A stretch of 64,000 nt of DNA from the NCBI GenBank assembly GCA_951406725.2, contig OX597822.1, positions 4,402,001 to 4,466,000 on the forward strand, in the 5' to 3' direction. The stretch comes from Octopus vulgaris (taxonomy: Eukaryota). Within the stretch, counting starts at the first letter, position 1. Each line of letters begins with the position of its first letter. Below the pieces are notes generated by a model. It searched no databases and was not told the DNA's origin. It saw only the letters and a program-made list of their open reading frames with translations. Below are positions 43,673 through 55,233 of the stretch, one piece after another. The translations under genes and the position numbers were made by a program.

Positions 43673-46600
43673 CTTGTAACCATGTCTGCATCAATGAATT
43701 ATTGAATTTAACTTTTCTCTGAAAGATAACGAGGCGATAAAGTTGGGTGTCAAAAGCACTGAGTGATCAAGAATGACCAATGAATGACCAATGTGATTAA
43801 AGAAAGACAGGGAATCATTTGTTCATGAGAAATCAAACTGATTAAAGAATTGGATTTTTTTGGTGCAGACGTGTTCAAAACAGCTATAATAAGAAAATTG
43901 TAATCTTCGTAATTAGATGCCTTAATAATATAGAATATATGAAACTTTCAATTAATTTTAATTATAGAGTTTAACTGCTGTTTGATAATAAGAATATATT
44001 TTGGTTTTCTATATTAGGAACGTGTAAAAGCTGGAGAAAAGAGAACGCCACCTTCTGTGGATGGTAAGTAAATGTTCCTTAATGCTTAACTTTGCTCCAG
44101 TCAGTCTTGAATGGGAAATAATAATTGGTGCATTTACAAACATGAAGATTTAGTTTTGTTGCTTGGTTGCTTATTAGTCACCAAAGCATGAAGGTTGGTG
44201 TATTTGGACCAATCAGCTGGTATGAATTTCTGACTCTTTGTGATCTGAATTTAACACTTTGGCATTCAGACTACTCTGTCAAATGTAATACTTATTTTCA
44301 TTGTTTTGAATTAATCAATCATTATCTCAAACTTTGATAATGTGATTGCTTATTTTTCAAATGACATTGTTGGGTAGGTGTGAGAGGCCTGATCAAGTCA
44401 GTTTGAACATAAAACATGCAGAATATTTTGGCTGGTTTAAATGCAAAAGGGTTAATTGCATTTGTTAAAATTCATCTGATTTATGTATCCTCATTGTCCC
44501 TGTTTTACGTCTACCTTTTCCATGCTGGCATTGGTTAGACATGTCTCACTGCTTCTCACCACTGGTTGCAGTTCTTCATAATCTACCACATACAGAGAAA
44601 GCTCTGTGAATTAAGTTCAAGGCAAGAGGTGAGTAGAAGTGGGTGGGTGGAAGGTTTGCAAGATTGTATTGAGGTACAGAGGATGGAAACTAAGACTGAA
44701 CCATAATGTTTTATGAAGAAGATATTATTTAGCTTATTTAGCACCTGTGCCGGTGGCATGTAAAAAGCACCTGTTGAGCATTGGGCCTCATGGAGGCAAT
44801 CTTGCCGATGCCAGCATCACATAACTGGCACACAGAAAGCACCTTTCGAGCGTTGGGCCTCATGGAGGCCATGACAAATGACCAAGACTTTTGGCAATGT
44901 GCTGTGCTTGAGAAGCAAATGCATGAAGCCAAGTGAAATCCTAGTCATGACATATTGGTGTCATGCAACTGGCGCCTGTGCTGGTGCCACGTAAAAGCAC
45001 CCATTGCATTCTTGGAGTGGTTGGTGTTAGGAAGGGCATCCAGCCATAGAAACCTTGCCAAATCAGCCGTGGTCAAACTGTCCAACCCATGGACAACAGA
45101 TGTTAAATGATGATGAAGATGATGTTTGTATTGTAACAGTAGTTGAAGAGGAAACAAGCCAACTAATGGTTATATTTTTATGTCTACTTTATTCTAGATC
45201 TAAAAACCCACTGCTTCAATGGAGAGAACTTATCTAATATCCTCGTTGCTGAATGGAATCATAAAGATCCTTCAAAAGGTGAGATTTTTGTTCAGTGTTG
45301 CTTTCTTGTCTCTGTGTTGGCAGCTGACTTGACTGTGTTAGTGTTGGATTCTATGACTGGATGACCTTCTTAACACCAACCACTCTACAGAGTGCAGTGG
45401 GTGCTTTTTTTTTTTTTATAACCCCCTTCACTGGTGAGGTCACCAAGTACCTGCAAGACAAGCTCCCTGAATTGAGTGGGGTATAATAATTAAGGGATAT
45501 GAAACTATGATAGAGGGACAGGAGAAGGTGTCTTGCTGAAGTGTGTGTTTGTATATTCACATTTACGTGTCGTGTTTGTTTTCGTGATTCACTGTCCTCA
45601 GCGTTCACTGACTATTGCCAACAGCTTTTTGCTGTTGGGCATGAAATTGTGAAGACTTTTTGGATAAAAACTGACAAGGAAAGAGCCCATCCATGTCTTG
45701 TATGTGAATTTTCCATTCATTCCTTTGCTGAGCTTCTGTTAATATATATATTATATAAAATCTGTTCTGTCTGTCTCTGTGTGTGTCTTCTAGGATCTCG
45801 GGCATCCTCCATCCAATTGTGCTCAGATTTGATATGTAGATACCGACGTTATCAGGGCATGTATAAGTCTTGAAAAAATTACAAAAATCGATTCCAGGTG
45901 AGAATGCGATTGATAAAGCCGTGGGAACGTGCATTTGTACGTGCAAGTACATCAGCTGTTGTGATCGTTACTATGCGTATGCAAGAAAAACTTCGGTTGC
46001 ATATTTGTGTGAAGAAAATCATTTTTCTTTGGAATAGAAAAAAGTCTATCTTTATTTCTTCTTTTGCTGGTGTCTCAAATTTAGGTTAAATCAGCGTTTC
46101 TCAAAGGGGAGGCCTATGGGACGGTCGGACAAGTTGTTTTGAGAAAATTTGGTTTAAATGTTTGACAACTCAGCACTGTCCATTGGACGGGGGGCGTTTT
46201 GCTCGTGTATATATATAGCAAAGCTGCAAAACTTCTCAATCTTAACTCTCTGACGAACAGGAACATGAAACTCTGAGTAGCAGTTTTTTTTTAATGTTTT
46301 TGCAGCTTTAATAATAGTAAAGTATGTGTGTGTGTGTGTGTGTATATATATATGTATATATGTATATTTGCATGCTCATTGTTTGAGTTGTCATTGTGAT
46401 TTTCTAGCAGACGACAGACCAAGCACAGGACCATTGGTCGGATATATGTTCTACCACTACATATACTCCACATGGGAAAGCAAGTCTATAGAAATAACTG
46501 ACATGTACGTGTTACCACTACCAGAATATGAGTCCATCTGTGAAGATCTCTTTCATTTCCTGTGCAAGGTAATACAAATTTAGTTTAATTTTTGTCTTTG

Positions 46601-48757
46601 TATTGTAATTTGCTTAAAGCATTGCAGTACGTTTTTAAATGATATGTTCGAAAAAAAGAATTTTTTTAAATTTTGAGTAATTCAAATAAACAGTGAGAAA
46701 GGCTACTGTTTTATTTAATATAGGTTGTTTTAATTATTCTATAATATTTCAGGAAATATTTGTCCTTTTCAAATAAAAATGTTATTAGCCACCTAATATA
46801 AGAGGTGGGTTTTTCCTTTTTTTTTCCTTTCTGTGTGTAGAACAACAGTATTGTGACAAAATATTGATAGGGAAGGAATAGAAGCAGGAACAAATTTGAA
46901 GAAGAATGATTTTAGGAGAAAGTATTGATATGAGTGAAGGAAATTATAATGTGGGGAAGGGTGACCGCTATATCAAGGGGTTGGTAGTTTTGATAAAACT
47001 CTGGAACTTGACCCTTGCTAAAGTAACAGCATATAAGCTCTCTTGACCTTGGAGCTTTGGTGTGCAGGTTGCGCTTTGAAAGACAAAATGGGTAATATAC
47101 CTTGTCCAAGGGCATGTCTATATAACAGTTTGATATACTGAATATATTACGTAGGCATGACTGTGGTTAAGAAGTTAGCTTCAAAATTGTGGTTTTAGGT
47201 TCAATCCCATGCTGTGCATATACTGTTTTATTTAATATAGGTTGTTTTAATGATCCTATAATATTTCAGGAAAGATTTCCTTTTTTCAAATAGAAATATT
47301 GTCATTAGTAAGTGTACTTCTATAGTTTCCAAGTTAAATAATGCCTGATGTGAATTTGGTTAATGGAAACTGTAAGAAGCTTATCTCGTGTGCATGACTG
47401 TTGATATTCCACAGTTTCATTTGTTACCACCAGAATGGTGTGGTGTTGATGTTTACATTCCATGTTGGTGCTATGAATGGTTACTCCATTCCTTTGAGTT
47501 CTTGTTGGATAAAAACGATCCCAGATGTGGCTTGAGTTCAGCCTCTGTGCAGCCCCTTGGGCAAGTAACTGTTTTCTATTGTGGCCCCTAGCCAAGTAAA
47601 GTTTTGCAAGTAGATCTGGTTGATGGAAACTAAAAGAAGCCCATTGTGTGTGTTTCTTTAGTTTGTTTATTCTTCATCAGTGTTTGACAACAGGTGCTGG
47701 TTTGTTTACATCCCTGTAAGATAGCAGTTCAGCAAAAGAGATTGATAGCATAAGTAATCAGGCTTAAAAAAAAATGTAGTTGGGGCTGGTCAATTTCTTC
47801 AGCACTTCAAGGCCCCAGCATAGCTGCAATCCAGTGACTGAAATAAGTAAAAGAGAAGATACCGTAAATCTTCGAGTACAATCCGCATTTTTCCCCCGAA
47901 ATTTAATGGTCAAAATCCCTAGTGTGTACTATATACGTGGTTAAAAATGAAAAATATTATCTGAGCAATGTCCGAATGTCTATTTGCTGTCTGGCAATGC
48001 ATTTTGTGATGTCGGGCACGAAAATACCCTAAGCTAAGCCTGAAAGCAATGAAGTCATAAAAGAATCATCCATAACTTGCAGTAAGCAACATTTATTAAA
48101 ATGAAAGTATTCCAGAACACAAAATAACATGTAACAAAAACAATTTGCAAACATATTTACATTCCCATATAACAGTTAAGAACATCACCATTATTGTATT
48201 ATGCATGTGCGGAAGCGTTTGTTCGACTAGGTGCTGTTGGCTTAATTACGCACCACTTAAGTTAGAGAAGGGGTGTGTATTATACACAAGGTTTAGGTTT
48301 TTCAGAGGTACAGCCCCCTAAAAATACCCTGCATATTATACTCAAGGGCGTACTATACTCGAAGATTTACGGTACTTGAAAAACTGGTAAGGGTTCAAGA
48401 CAAATAGCATCAGGGCATAAAATATACCTGAAATAAGTTCTCATCCAGTCCATGGTAGCATGGAAAAATGGACATTAAATACATGAAAAAAAACCTCATT
48501 TTTCATGATGTGCGCATTATTATTTAACAACAAAATCTTTGTAAGTCATAGCTTTTGTATGTTTTTTTTTCTTTTCCCCCTCATTGCAGATGTCTGTTGA
48601 TGAGAATTGTGCCCGAGTACAATGGCAAACGAATGGTAACAATGATTTGAAGAACTTGGGTAAATCTTTTAATGCCATGAATTTAATAGAGATGGAAAGT
48701 TGGCGAGTAAAAAATCTTGAAAAACATAAGTTGAAAGAAATCAGTGCCACAAGTTGA
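41581..48757 (+). CDS. Diamine N-acetyltransferase SAT1/SAT2-like GNAT protein, paralog B; 5 coding exons, 173 aa
   Basis: Exons 41581-41649, 44018-44063, 45198-45278, 46411-46568 and 48590-48757, GT-AG, same phases as paralog A, total 522 nt. Protein: MIAVAVSRHAIPGDCEHITGLFK ERVKAGEKRTPPSVDD LKTHCFNGENLSNILVAEWNHKDPSKD DRPSTGPLVGYMFYHYIYSTWESKSIEITDMYVLPLPEYESICEDLFHFLCK MSVDENCARVQWQTNGNNDLKNLGKSFNAMNLIEMESWRVKNLEKHKLKEISATS*. YSTW is a SAT2-type motif. Confidence 0.85.
42470..43127 (+). mobile_element. CORE-like SINE 3' part followed by V-like SINE
   Basis: Family matches; (GAT)n tail at about 43105-43127. Confidence 0.8.
43138..43612 (+). mobile_element. RTE LINE 3' fragment
   Basis: VLPAMLY.SET, QRAMEKSML, RWAGHVAR and GRPPRRW. 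Confidence 0.9.
44018..44063 (+). CDS. SAT-like B exon 2 (46 nt)
   Basis: attag|GAA...GATG|gtaagt. Confidence 0.82.
44251..44455. mobile_element. piggyBac-type MITE copy
   Basis: ttaacacttt...aaagggttaa; same family as 22545-22766. Confidence 0.7.
44740..45122 (+). mobile_element. V-like SINE copy, decayed
   Basis: gttaggaagggcatccagcc core. Confidence 0.7.
45198..45278 (+). CDS. SAT-like B exon 3 (81 nt)
   Basis: tctag|AT...AAAG|gtgaga. Confidence 0.85.
45745..46208 (+). mobile_element. Helitron-like family 2 copy
   Basis: Reverse complement of 20705-21075. Confidence 0.65.
46244..46285 (+). ncRNA. Degenerate minimal hammerhead-like motif (C3:G8)
   Basis: aactct-CTGACGA-acaggaacat-GAAA-ctctgag-TA-gcagtt; sister copy at 4934-4974 (-). 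Confidence 0.45.
46411..46568 (+). CDS. SAT-like B exon 4 (158 nt; NAGNAG acceptor, alternative start 46408)
   Basis: ctagcag|AC...AAG|gtaata; encodes LVGYMFYHYIYSTWESK. Confidence 0.87.
47862..48372. mobile_element. Tc1/mariner (pogo/Tc2-like) MITE
   Basis: TA|CCGTAAATCTTCGAGTA...TACTCGAAGATTTACGG|TA. Confidence 0.9.
48590..48757 (+). CDS. SAT-like B exon 5 (168 nt, to TGA)
   Basis: Strong polypyrimidine tract, tgcag|ATG...TGA; AATAAA at 48811. Confidence 0.85.
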   Translation: MSVDENCARVQWQTNGNNDLKNLGKSFNAMNLIEMESWRVKNLEKHKLKEISATS

Positions 48758-51700
48758 TAAAGAACTGGTGTTTCTAAGGAATGCAACATTACATTTTTTT
48801 TATTTTTCCTAATAAAAATAAAAGGTAATTATTATTTTGGTCTACATTTCCTTTTTCAATTTTCCTGATAAGAGTGGTGAAATGAAGATATGCAAAATTC
48901 ACTGGAAACAATGTCCTTTTTGTTTAGTTCTATATCAGCCCCAATCAAGCTGACCTATGAAAAAAGCCATTCTATCTTTTTGGACTCATCTAATGTGTCC
49001 TTCCATTTTTGAGACTGTATGGCTTGTTTTGAGTGAGATATAACTGTTGTTTTTAGCTAGCCAAATACCTCCACATAGACTCTGCTGTTGGCTCAAACGT
49101 TTGTAGTGATCATGGTCCAAGTGTCCTGTACCATAGTTTTGGGTTGAACACTACTACAGAAGTGGAATTTGGTTGGGGAAAACAGTAGCTGCCTGTTGAA
49201 TATCATTTGCCAAAAGATGTAAATATTTGTATGAAAAGCAAAGGACTGATGCTCTTCAAATGAAGTCCCTTGTGATATTTGTTCTTTATCAGTTTAGAGA
49301 TACTCCCTTGTCACTCTTGCCGTTTGGAGTGCAATGAACCAATGACTGAGCTGTTGGAATCTATGGAATCAACGCTATTGTTCTCATATTGGTTTCAAAT
49401 TTTAGCACAAGGCCAGCAATTTCAGAGGAAGGATAAGTCTATTACATCAACCCCCTTTGCTCAGCTGGTACTTATTTTATCGACCCTGAAATGATGAAAG
49501 GCAAAGTTGACCTTGGTTGAATTTAATTGAACTCAGAACATAGACAGATGAAGTGCCACAACGCAATTTGCCCAGCAATGCTGACGATTCTGCCTGATCT
49601 CCACTATTGTTCACACGCTGCACTTAAAAATATGGAATAGATGCAAACATGGTTGTGTGGTTAAGAAATTTTCTTTGCAGCTGTGTGGTTTCAGGTTCAG
49701 TCCTACTGTGCAACACTGGCTAAGTATGTTATCCCATAGCCTTGTGCCAAGCAATGTTTCTCAAGGAATTTGGTGGGCAGAAATTAAGAAAGCCTGTTGT
49801 TTGTGCGGGAATTATATTCCAGGCATTATAAACCTGTGGCTCTGTGCTTATAAAGACCTCTGAAGCACAGAATCCCTTAGTTGAAAAAGAAAAAAATGCT
49901 AAGATTTGATTACAGTAGGAGCATCTTGTCAAAAATCTTGCTTCAAATAACTCCCTGTCCGAATTTGGGGATTGTGGTGGAAGGAACGGACATTCAACAA
50001 ATGAAGTACAAGGGAGATAATTTTTATTGACTGACTAAAAATTATAAATGTCGATAGTAAAACATTTCTTGGCATTTATATGAAATAATTTTATAGTATT
50101 CAGTCAATGTTTCTGCAGCTGGAAGTTCTACTGTCGGCTAAACAATTAAATAGAAGCTGGGGAAATTGACAGTCGTCAGAACATGAGTTAGAATGCTTTG
50201 CAGTATTTGTTCTGATTCCTACCACATTGAGTTCAAATCCTATGGAAGTCAACTTTGCCCCTCATCTTTGCGAGGTCAGTAAATAAGTACCAGTCCAAGG
50301 CAGTCGATTGGCAGAGTTGTAAGAATGTTCAACTAAATGCCCTGGTAAAATCCTGCTGTGTCTTACTTCATTGGCAGATATAATCTGCCATCTAATTTAA
50401 CACTACCGTGTTTTTATACCTTTTTGTAGACTCATTTAGGCCAGGTCCTTGGTGTATGGATACCTTCTTCTGATCATTTTCAGAGACCTTATAAGGGGTC
50501 ATAGGTGCACTATTATTCCACCTGGCTAAAAGGTGAATAGAAAAAAAACATTTTTGACATTTGAGTGTTTGATTGTCAGAGAGACCGAGTGGTAGGTTGT
50601 CTTTGATCATTTGATGTTTCTAGTGCAAACAAATGTATATTTGGTAACAGACCTATCATCCTCTTGCCAATTTTACTGGTGTCATGGGTGTAGGAACGAT
50701 AACTACTCCAAAATGTTTAAGGACACTGCTATTTCATTGCAATGTCAGAAATGTTGGCCATTCTACTTTTACTATTGGTTTCTATTTCTGGCAAGTTAAT
50801 AGACTTTTGCCCCTATCATGCAGTATGATGACTCAACACAAAACCATGATACATTAGTAACTATATAGTACTTGTTACTGAAGGCAAGGTTGTATGGTTA
50901 AGAACTTCTTAACCACAAAAGTCTCCTGCTACAGCACCAGGCTGACCAAAGCCTTGTGAGTTGATTTGGTAGACGGAAACTGAAAGAAGCCTGTCATACG
51001 TGTATGTATTCAAGTGGTGGTGTTCATTTCTAATCTTTCATAAAAATATGTCCCAGCCGAGGGGGAAACATTATCTTACTTGGAAACTGGTGAGGGTTGT
51101 TGACAGGAAGAATATCTGGCCATAAAAAATTAGCTTCAATCTATGCAAGCATGAAAAGTGGACATTAAAATAAGACTTTTACATTTAAAAATATTCTCTT
51201 TCGAACGCTTTGCTAAAACTAGATCCACATACACTCTAACCATTAGTAAGAACGGCAGGTTTTTGATCACAAAAACCCACCTAGAGTTTTATTGTATTGG
51301 AAGGAGCTAAATAATACAGTATTAGGTCAAATGAAACTATTAACTTGCCAGAAATAGAAACCAATGGTAAAAGTAGAATGGCCAACATTTCTGACATTGT
51401 AGACAACACTTTATGGAAAAAGATGTTGAAGTTCCATAGACACATATTTCATTGTGTAACTGCTATTTCATTAGTTTGCAGTACAAGACTGAAATTTTCC
51501 TGTCTACATATAGAGGAACCAATTTGGAGTTCCCAGAGGTGCATCAATCAATAATTAAAAAAATCTAAGTTCAATTACAAAATTAACTTCTTTTTTAATA
51601 GATATATATTTTCAAAAGGATAAAACTATGCTCAACTGAGATTGTATCTCTTGAAGTTGAAAATTCTTTTGTCGTTTAATCATGCAAAATAATGTTGGGC

Positions 51701-54700
51701 TTTCCTTACAAGTTTTCTTTACACCTTTTATAACTTAACATTTCTCTGATGAAGTTGTGGGTTCAATTCCTGAGCTGTGTCCTTGAGCAAGATACTTTTT
51801 CACATTGCTCCAACCTGCTTAACTGAAGGTCAGCCCCAGCAAATTACTGGAGCCACTCTTTCTTTCCAGCACTCAGTGCCTCGATATTCTATCGGGTCTG
51901 GAGTGGGAGGGCCAACAGGGTGTCTTTGTCTGCTTACAACTACATAAGCACCTCAAACAATTAGAGAAACCCTACTACATACAACTAAATCCTAACTGGT
52001 GACAGGTGATGGCCATGGTTAACTTTTGTGTGTGTGTGTCCAAGTAGAATATCAAGTACAGTAATGATAGATGATATCTGCTTTCTAATAAACATGCAGA
52101 TGTACAAGAAAAATGAGTTTATATAATTAAACTTAATGGTTTCAAATTTTGACACAGGACCAGCAGTTTTTGTGCGGTAGGGGAAGTCAATTACATCAAT
52201 CCCTTGGATAAATTTAAACCCAAAACAAAGACAGACAAAATGCCTAACAGCATTTTATCTGGTGTGCAAACAGCTCTGCCACCTTTACAATTAAACTTAA
52301 CAAAGCTTTGAGATGATTTTACGAAGCAATTTATTTTATCTAATAATAATTAGAAACCAAATATGAAATGACATTTGAATTTTTTTTACGAATCAATAAC
52401 AAAAACATCAGTGATATATTTTAACAAACTCATTAATTTAATTGTTCACTAATCACAGTTGTTGCTGCCATATACATTTTTCTTTTCCTCTAATTTCAAA
52501 ATCTACTGTCTTAAGTCTCGTACCATATATTCCAATAAAAAGAAATGGAAGAAATACATCCTAATTCACTACAAAAAATACTCCAAATAACTGGGGTCGA
52601 CTTACATGTGACAGTACATTAGTGTGTTATGAGGTATAGTTTCATATTATGTTGAACTAGATATTTCAGAACTCAAATTAACAAGGATACCTAAAAAACT
52701 GTCTAGTCATTTGCCGTAAATAATATCTGTACTATGCATAGGTTATCAGAAGAGGTTAATTTCAGTTCTTAAAACATAACTGCACAAAAGTCAATGAGAA
52801 ACTCATTCAACACAATACAAAGATGTTTGCTTTTTTAGGTTTTTTTTCTCTTTACAATGACCTGCTTATATTATATTTCCCTTTCTTCACAGAGAGAGAG
52901 AGAGAGAGCAAAGGCAGGAGTTAAGGGCAGAAGTCAAAATACAGAGGCAAGATTCTGCAGATGGATGGATATTTGTCTTTGTTTGCATAAAGCTTTATTT
53001 TTTTTTTTTTTTAATGTAGTTATTTATAAATATTAATTGAATAACTCTTTTTTTTTTTTTAGCAGACCTACCATATTTCATTTTATTTTATATGTGGAGA
53101 AGGTTGACAGTGACTTCAAAGTTTCAGTTTTGTTGCTTTTATCAATCAACCTTTTCCTGAGACATACATACATACATACATACATTATATATATATATAT
53201 ATATATATATACATACATATATAAAAGCAAATTGATAGATAAAAGAATTTCTCTCTAGTACCCCACCCCCACTCAACTGTTTTTGTTTTTATGAAACTTT
53301 ATCATTTAGCTTCTCCCCTCCCTCAAACAGCTACCCACCTCTGGAGACATCTACAATATGTAACAGCACAAAAACCCACACAGGCACACACTTCTTTGTA
53401 TGGGAGGGTGGGGACTTCTCTAGCGATAAAGTACCAGCTATTATCTTAATTTATGCACCTAATAAATTAGGATTATTCAAATTATAGATAAGAGACATTT
53501 TAATACTTAAGATTTCGATGTATATCACTAGAACAGTGGATTGGTAAAATTGTTACAGTATCAGAAAAATGTTTTGTGTTTTTTGCATCAGCTCTTTACA
53601 TTCTAAGATCAACTTAGCTTTTCATCCTTCCAGGGGTTGAAATATTTGGCTAACCCTGCCCCTCAAAATTGCCTTGTGCCTCAATTGGAAACAATATCTG
53701 TATATCACTGCTAAATGCACATTTCCCATCACTTATACATAAGTGGTTGTGTATGTCTTTAGCTTGTACAAAGTTTACTCAAAACTAAAGTAGGTGGCAG
53801 GTATCAATTTTCCATGCTGGCATGGATGGAATGACTTGACAAAAGCTGGCAAGCCAGAGGACTGCACCAAGCAGTCTGTTTTGGCATGGTTTTTACAGCT
53901 GGATGCCCTTCCTAACACCAACAACTTTACAGAGGGGGCTGGATGCTCTATATTCTAATTTTAATCCTCCAAAAATTTAACCCAAACTGAGCTCAAAATG
54001 TTATTTGTACGGAGCCTCCAGCAGTGACAGACTGCCTTCAAGTCTTGCTCAAGCCAGACAGAAAAATTTAATGATAGGATTTTGTAATTTAGACAAGGCC
54101 AGGAATTTTTTTTGAGGGGATGGAATTAGATGGTACCATTAACACTGGTACTTGACAGGTACTTTATTGACCCTCAAAAAATGAAAAGTAATCTTGACTT
54201 CAGTGAGATTTGAACTCAAAACAAAGAGCTGGAACAAATACTACAAGGCTTTTTTTTTTCCTTTTCCTGATGCTAATTTGACTCTGCCATTCTACCATCC
54301 TTGTAAAAATGAAGGTAAAATGGCACTCTGTACTCTCTATTTTTTTTCTTTTTTTAGTTCCTTGTAGCCTTCCTACCTAAATTTATGATGGCACAGTTTC
54401 TAATAAGCCATCATATTTTGCTTTTTCACTTCATTAGTCATTACATTCTAATAAATGACTGATATCCAATACTTAACTGAATAAGACAAACCATGGAATA
54501 TTTAATATAATCAAATTGGGATGAAAAACTAGATATAGAACAGTCATTAGGAGATTAGGAGATTTGGTCATTTTTGAGAAGGAATCCTGCTAAAGTTGGG
54601 TTTTTTTGGCATGTACTGTTTGCTCAACATTAATCAATTATGTATCTAAGCTTTATCCTAAATTTATGGCTTTGTACCATTACATATATGCAATGGCATA

Positions 54701-55121
54701 TATAAACTTCCAAGAAAACCTGAAATAATTCTTTTTTGGAATAGGGGCTCTCAAGGGCTACATTAAGGTAAGAATAAGTACGTGTAAATAATGGGTTGAA
54801 AATCCTGTTTGGATAGCAAAAAAGATACTATTTTTTCCAAAAGGGTTTTTCAACTTGGTATTACAAGCTATTATTTATAGCTTTGAGTGGCCCCTATTCT
54901 CAAAAAGAATGCATATATTATATGCATTTCTCTAATACAGTTCTGTGTGTATTTTCCACACAATTTTTTTCTTTTCTTTTTATGAAATATGGTAGATGTC
55001 TTTGCAGACAAAGTTTCTGATCTGAGGTCTGTAATGGCTATCTGGTATTTTTGGTATTTACAAAAGAGTTCACTCAAATGAAGTTAATAATTATGAATCT
55101 AAAATATCTACTTGTTGGACA

Positions 55122-55233
55122 CTATTTCCATATTCTCTTGATGACATCTGGAGATGGATCTCGTCCACGGAACATTCTGAAAATTTTGTTGGCTGACATT
55201 GAGCCACCCAGGGCAAGAAATGTGTCGCGAAAT
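55122..55233 (-). CDS. Oligopeptidase A-like terminal coding exon
   Basis: Encodes FRDTFLALGG...FRGRDPSPD...TAG. Confidence 0.92.

Noticed and set aside
45565-45610. ctgagga..gtg/cac..gaaa hammerhead-like motif on the minus strand
   Set aside because: No helix III or U16.1 partner and no helix I.
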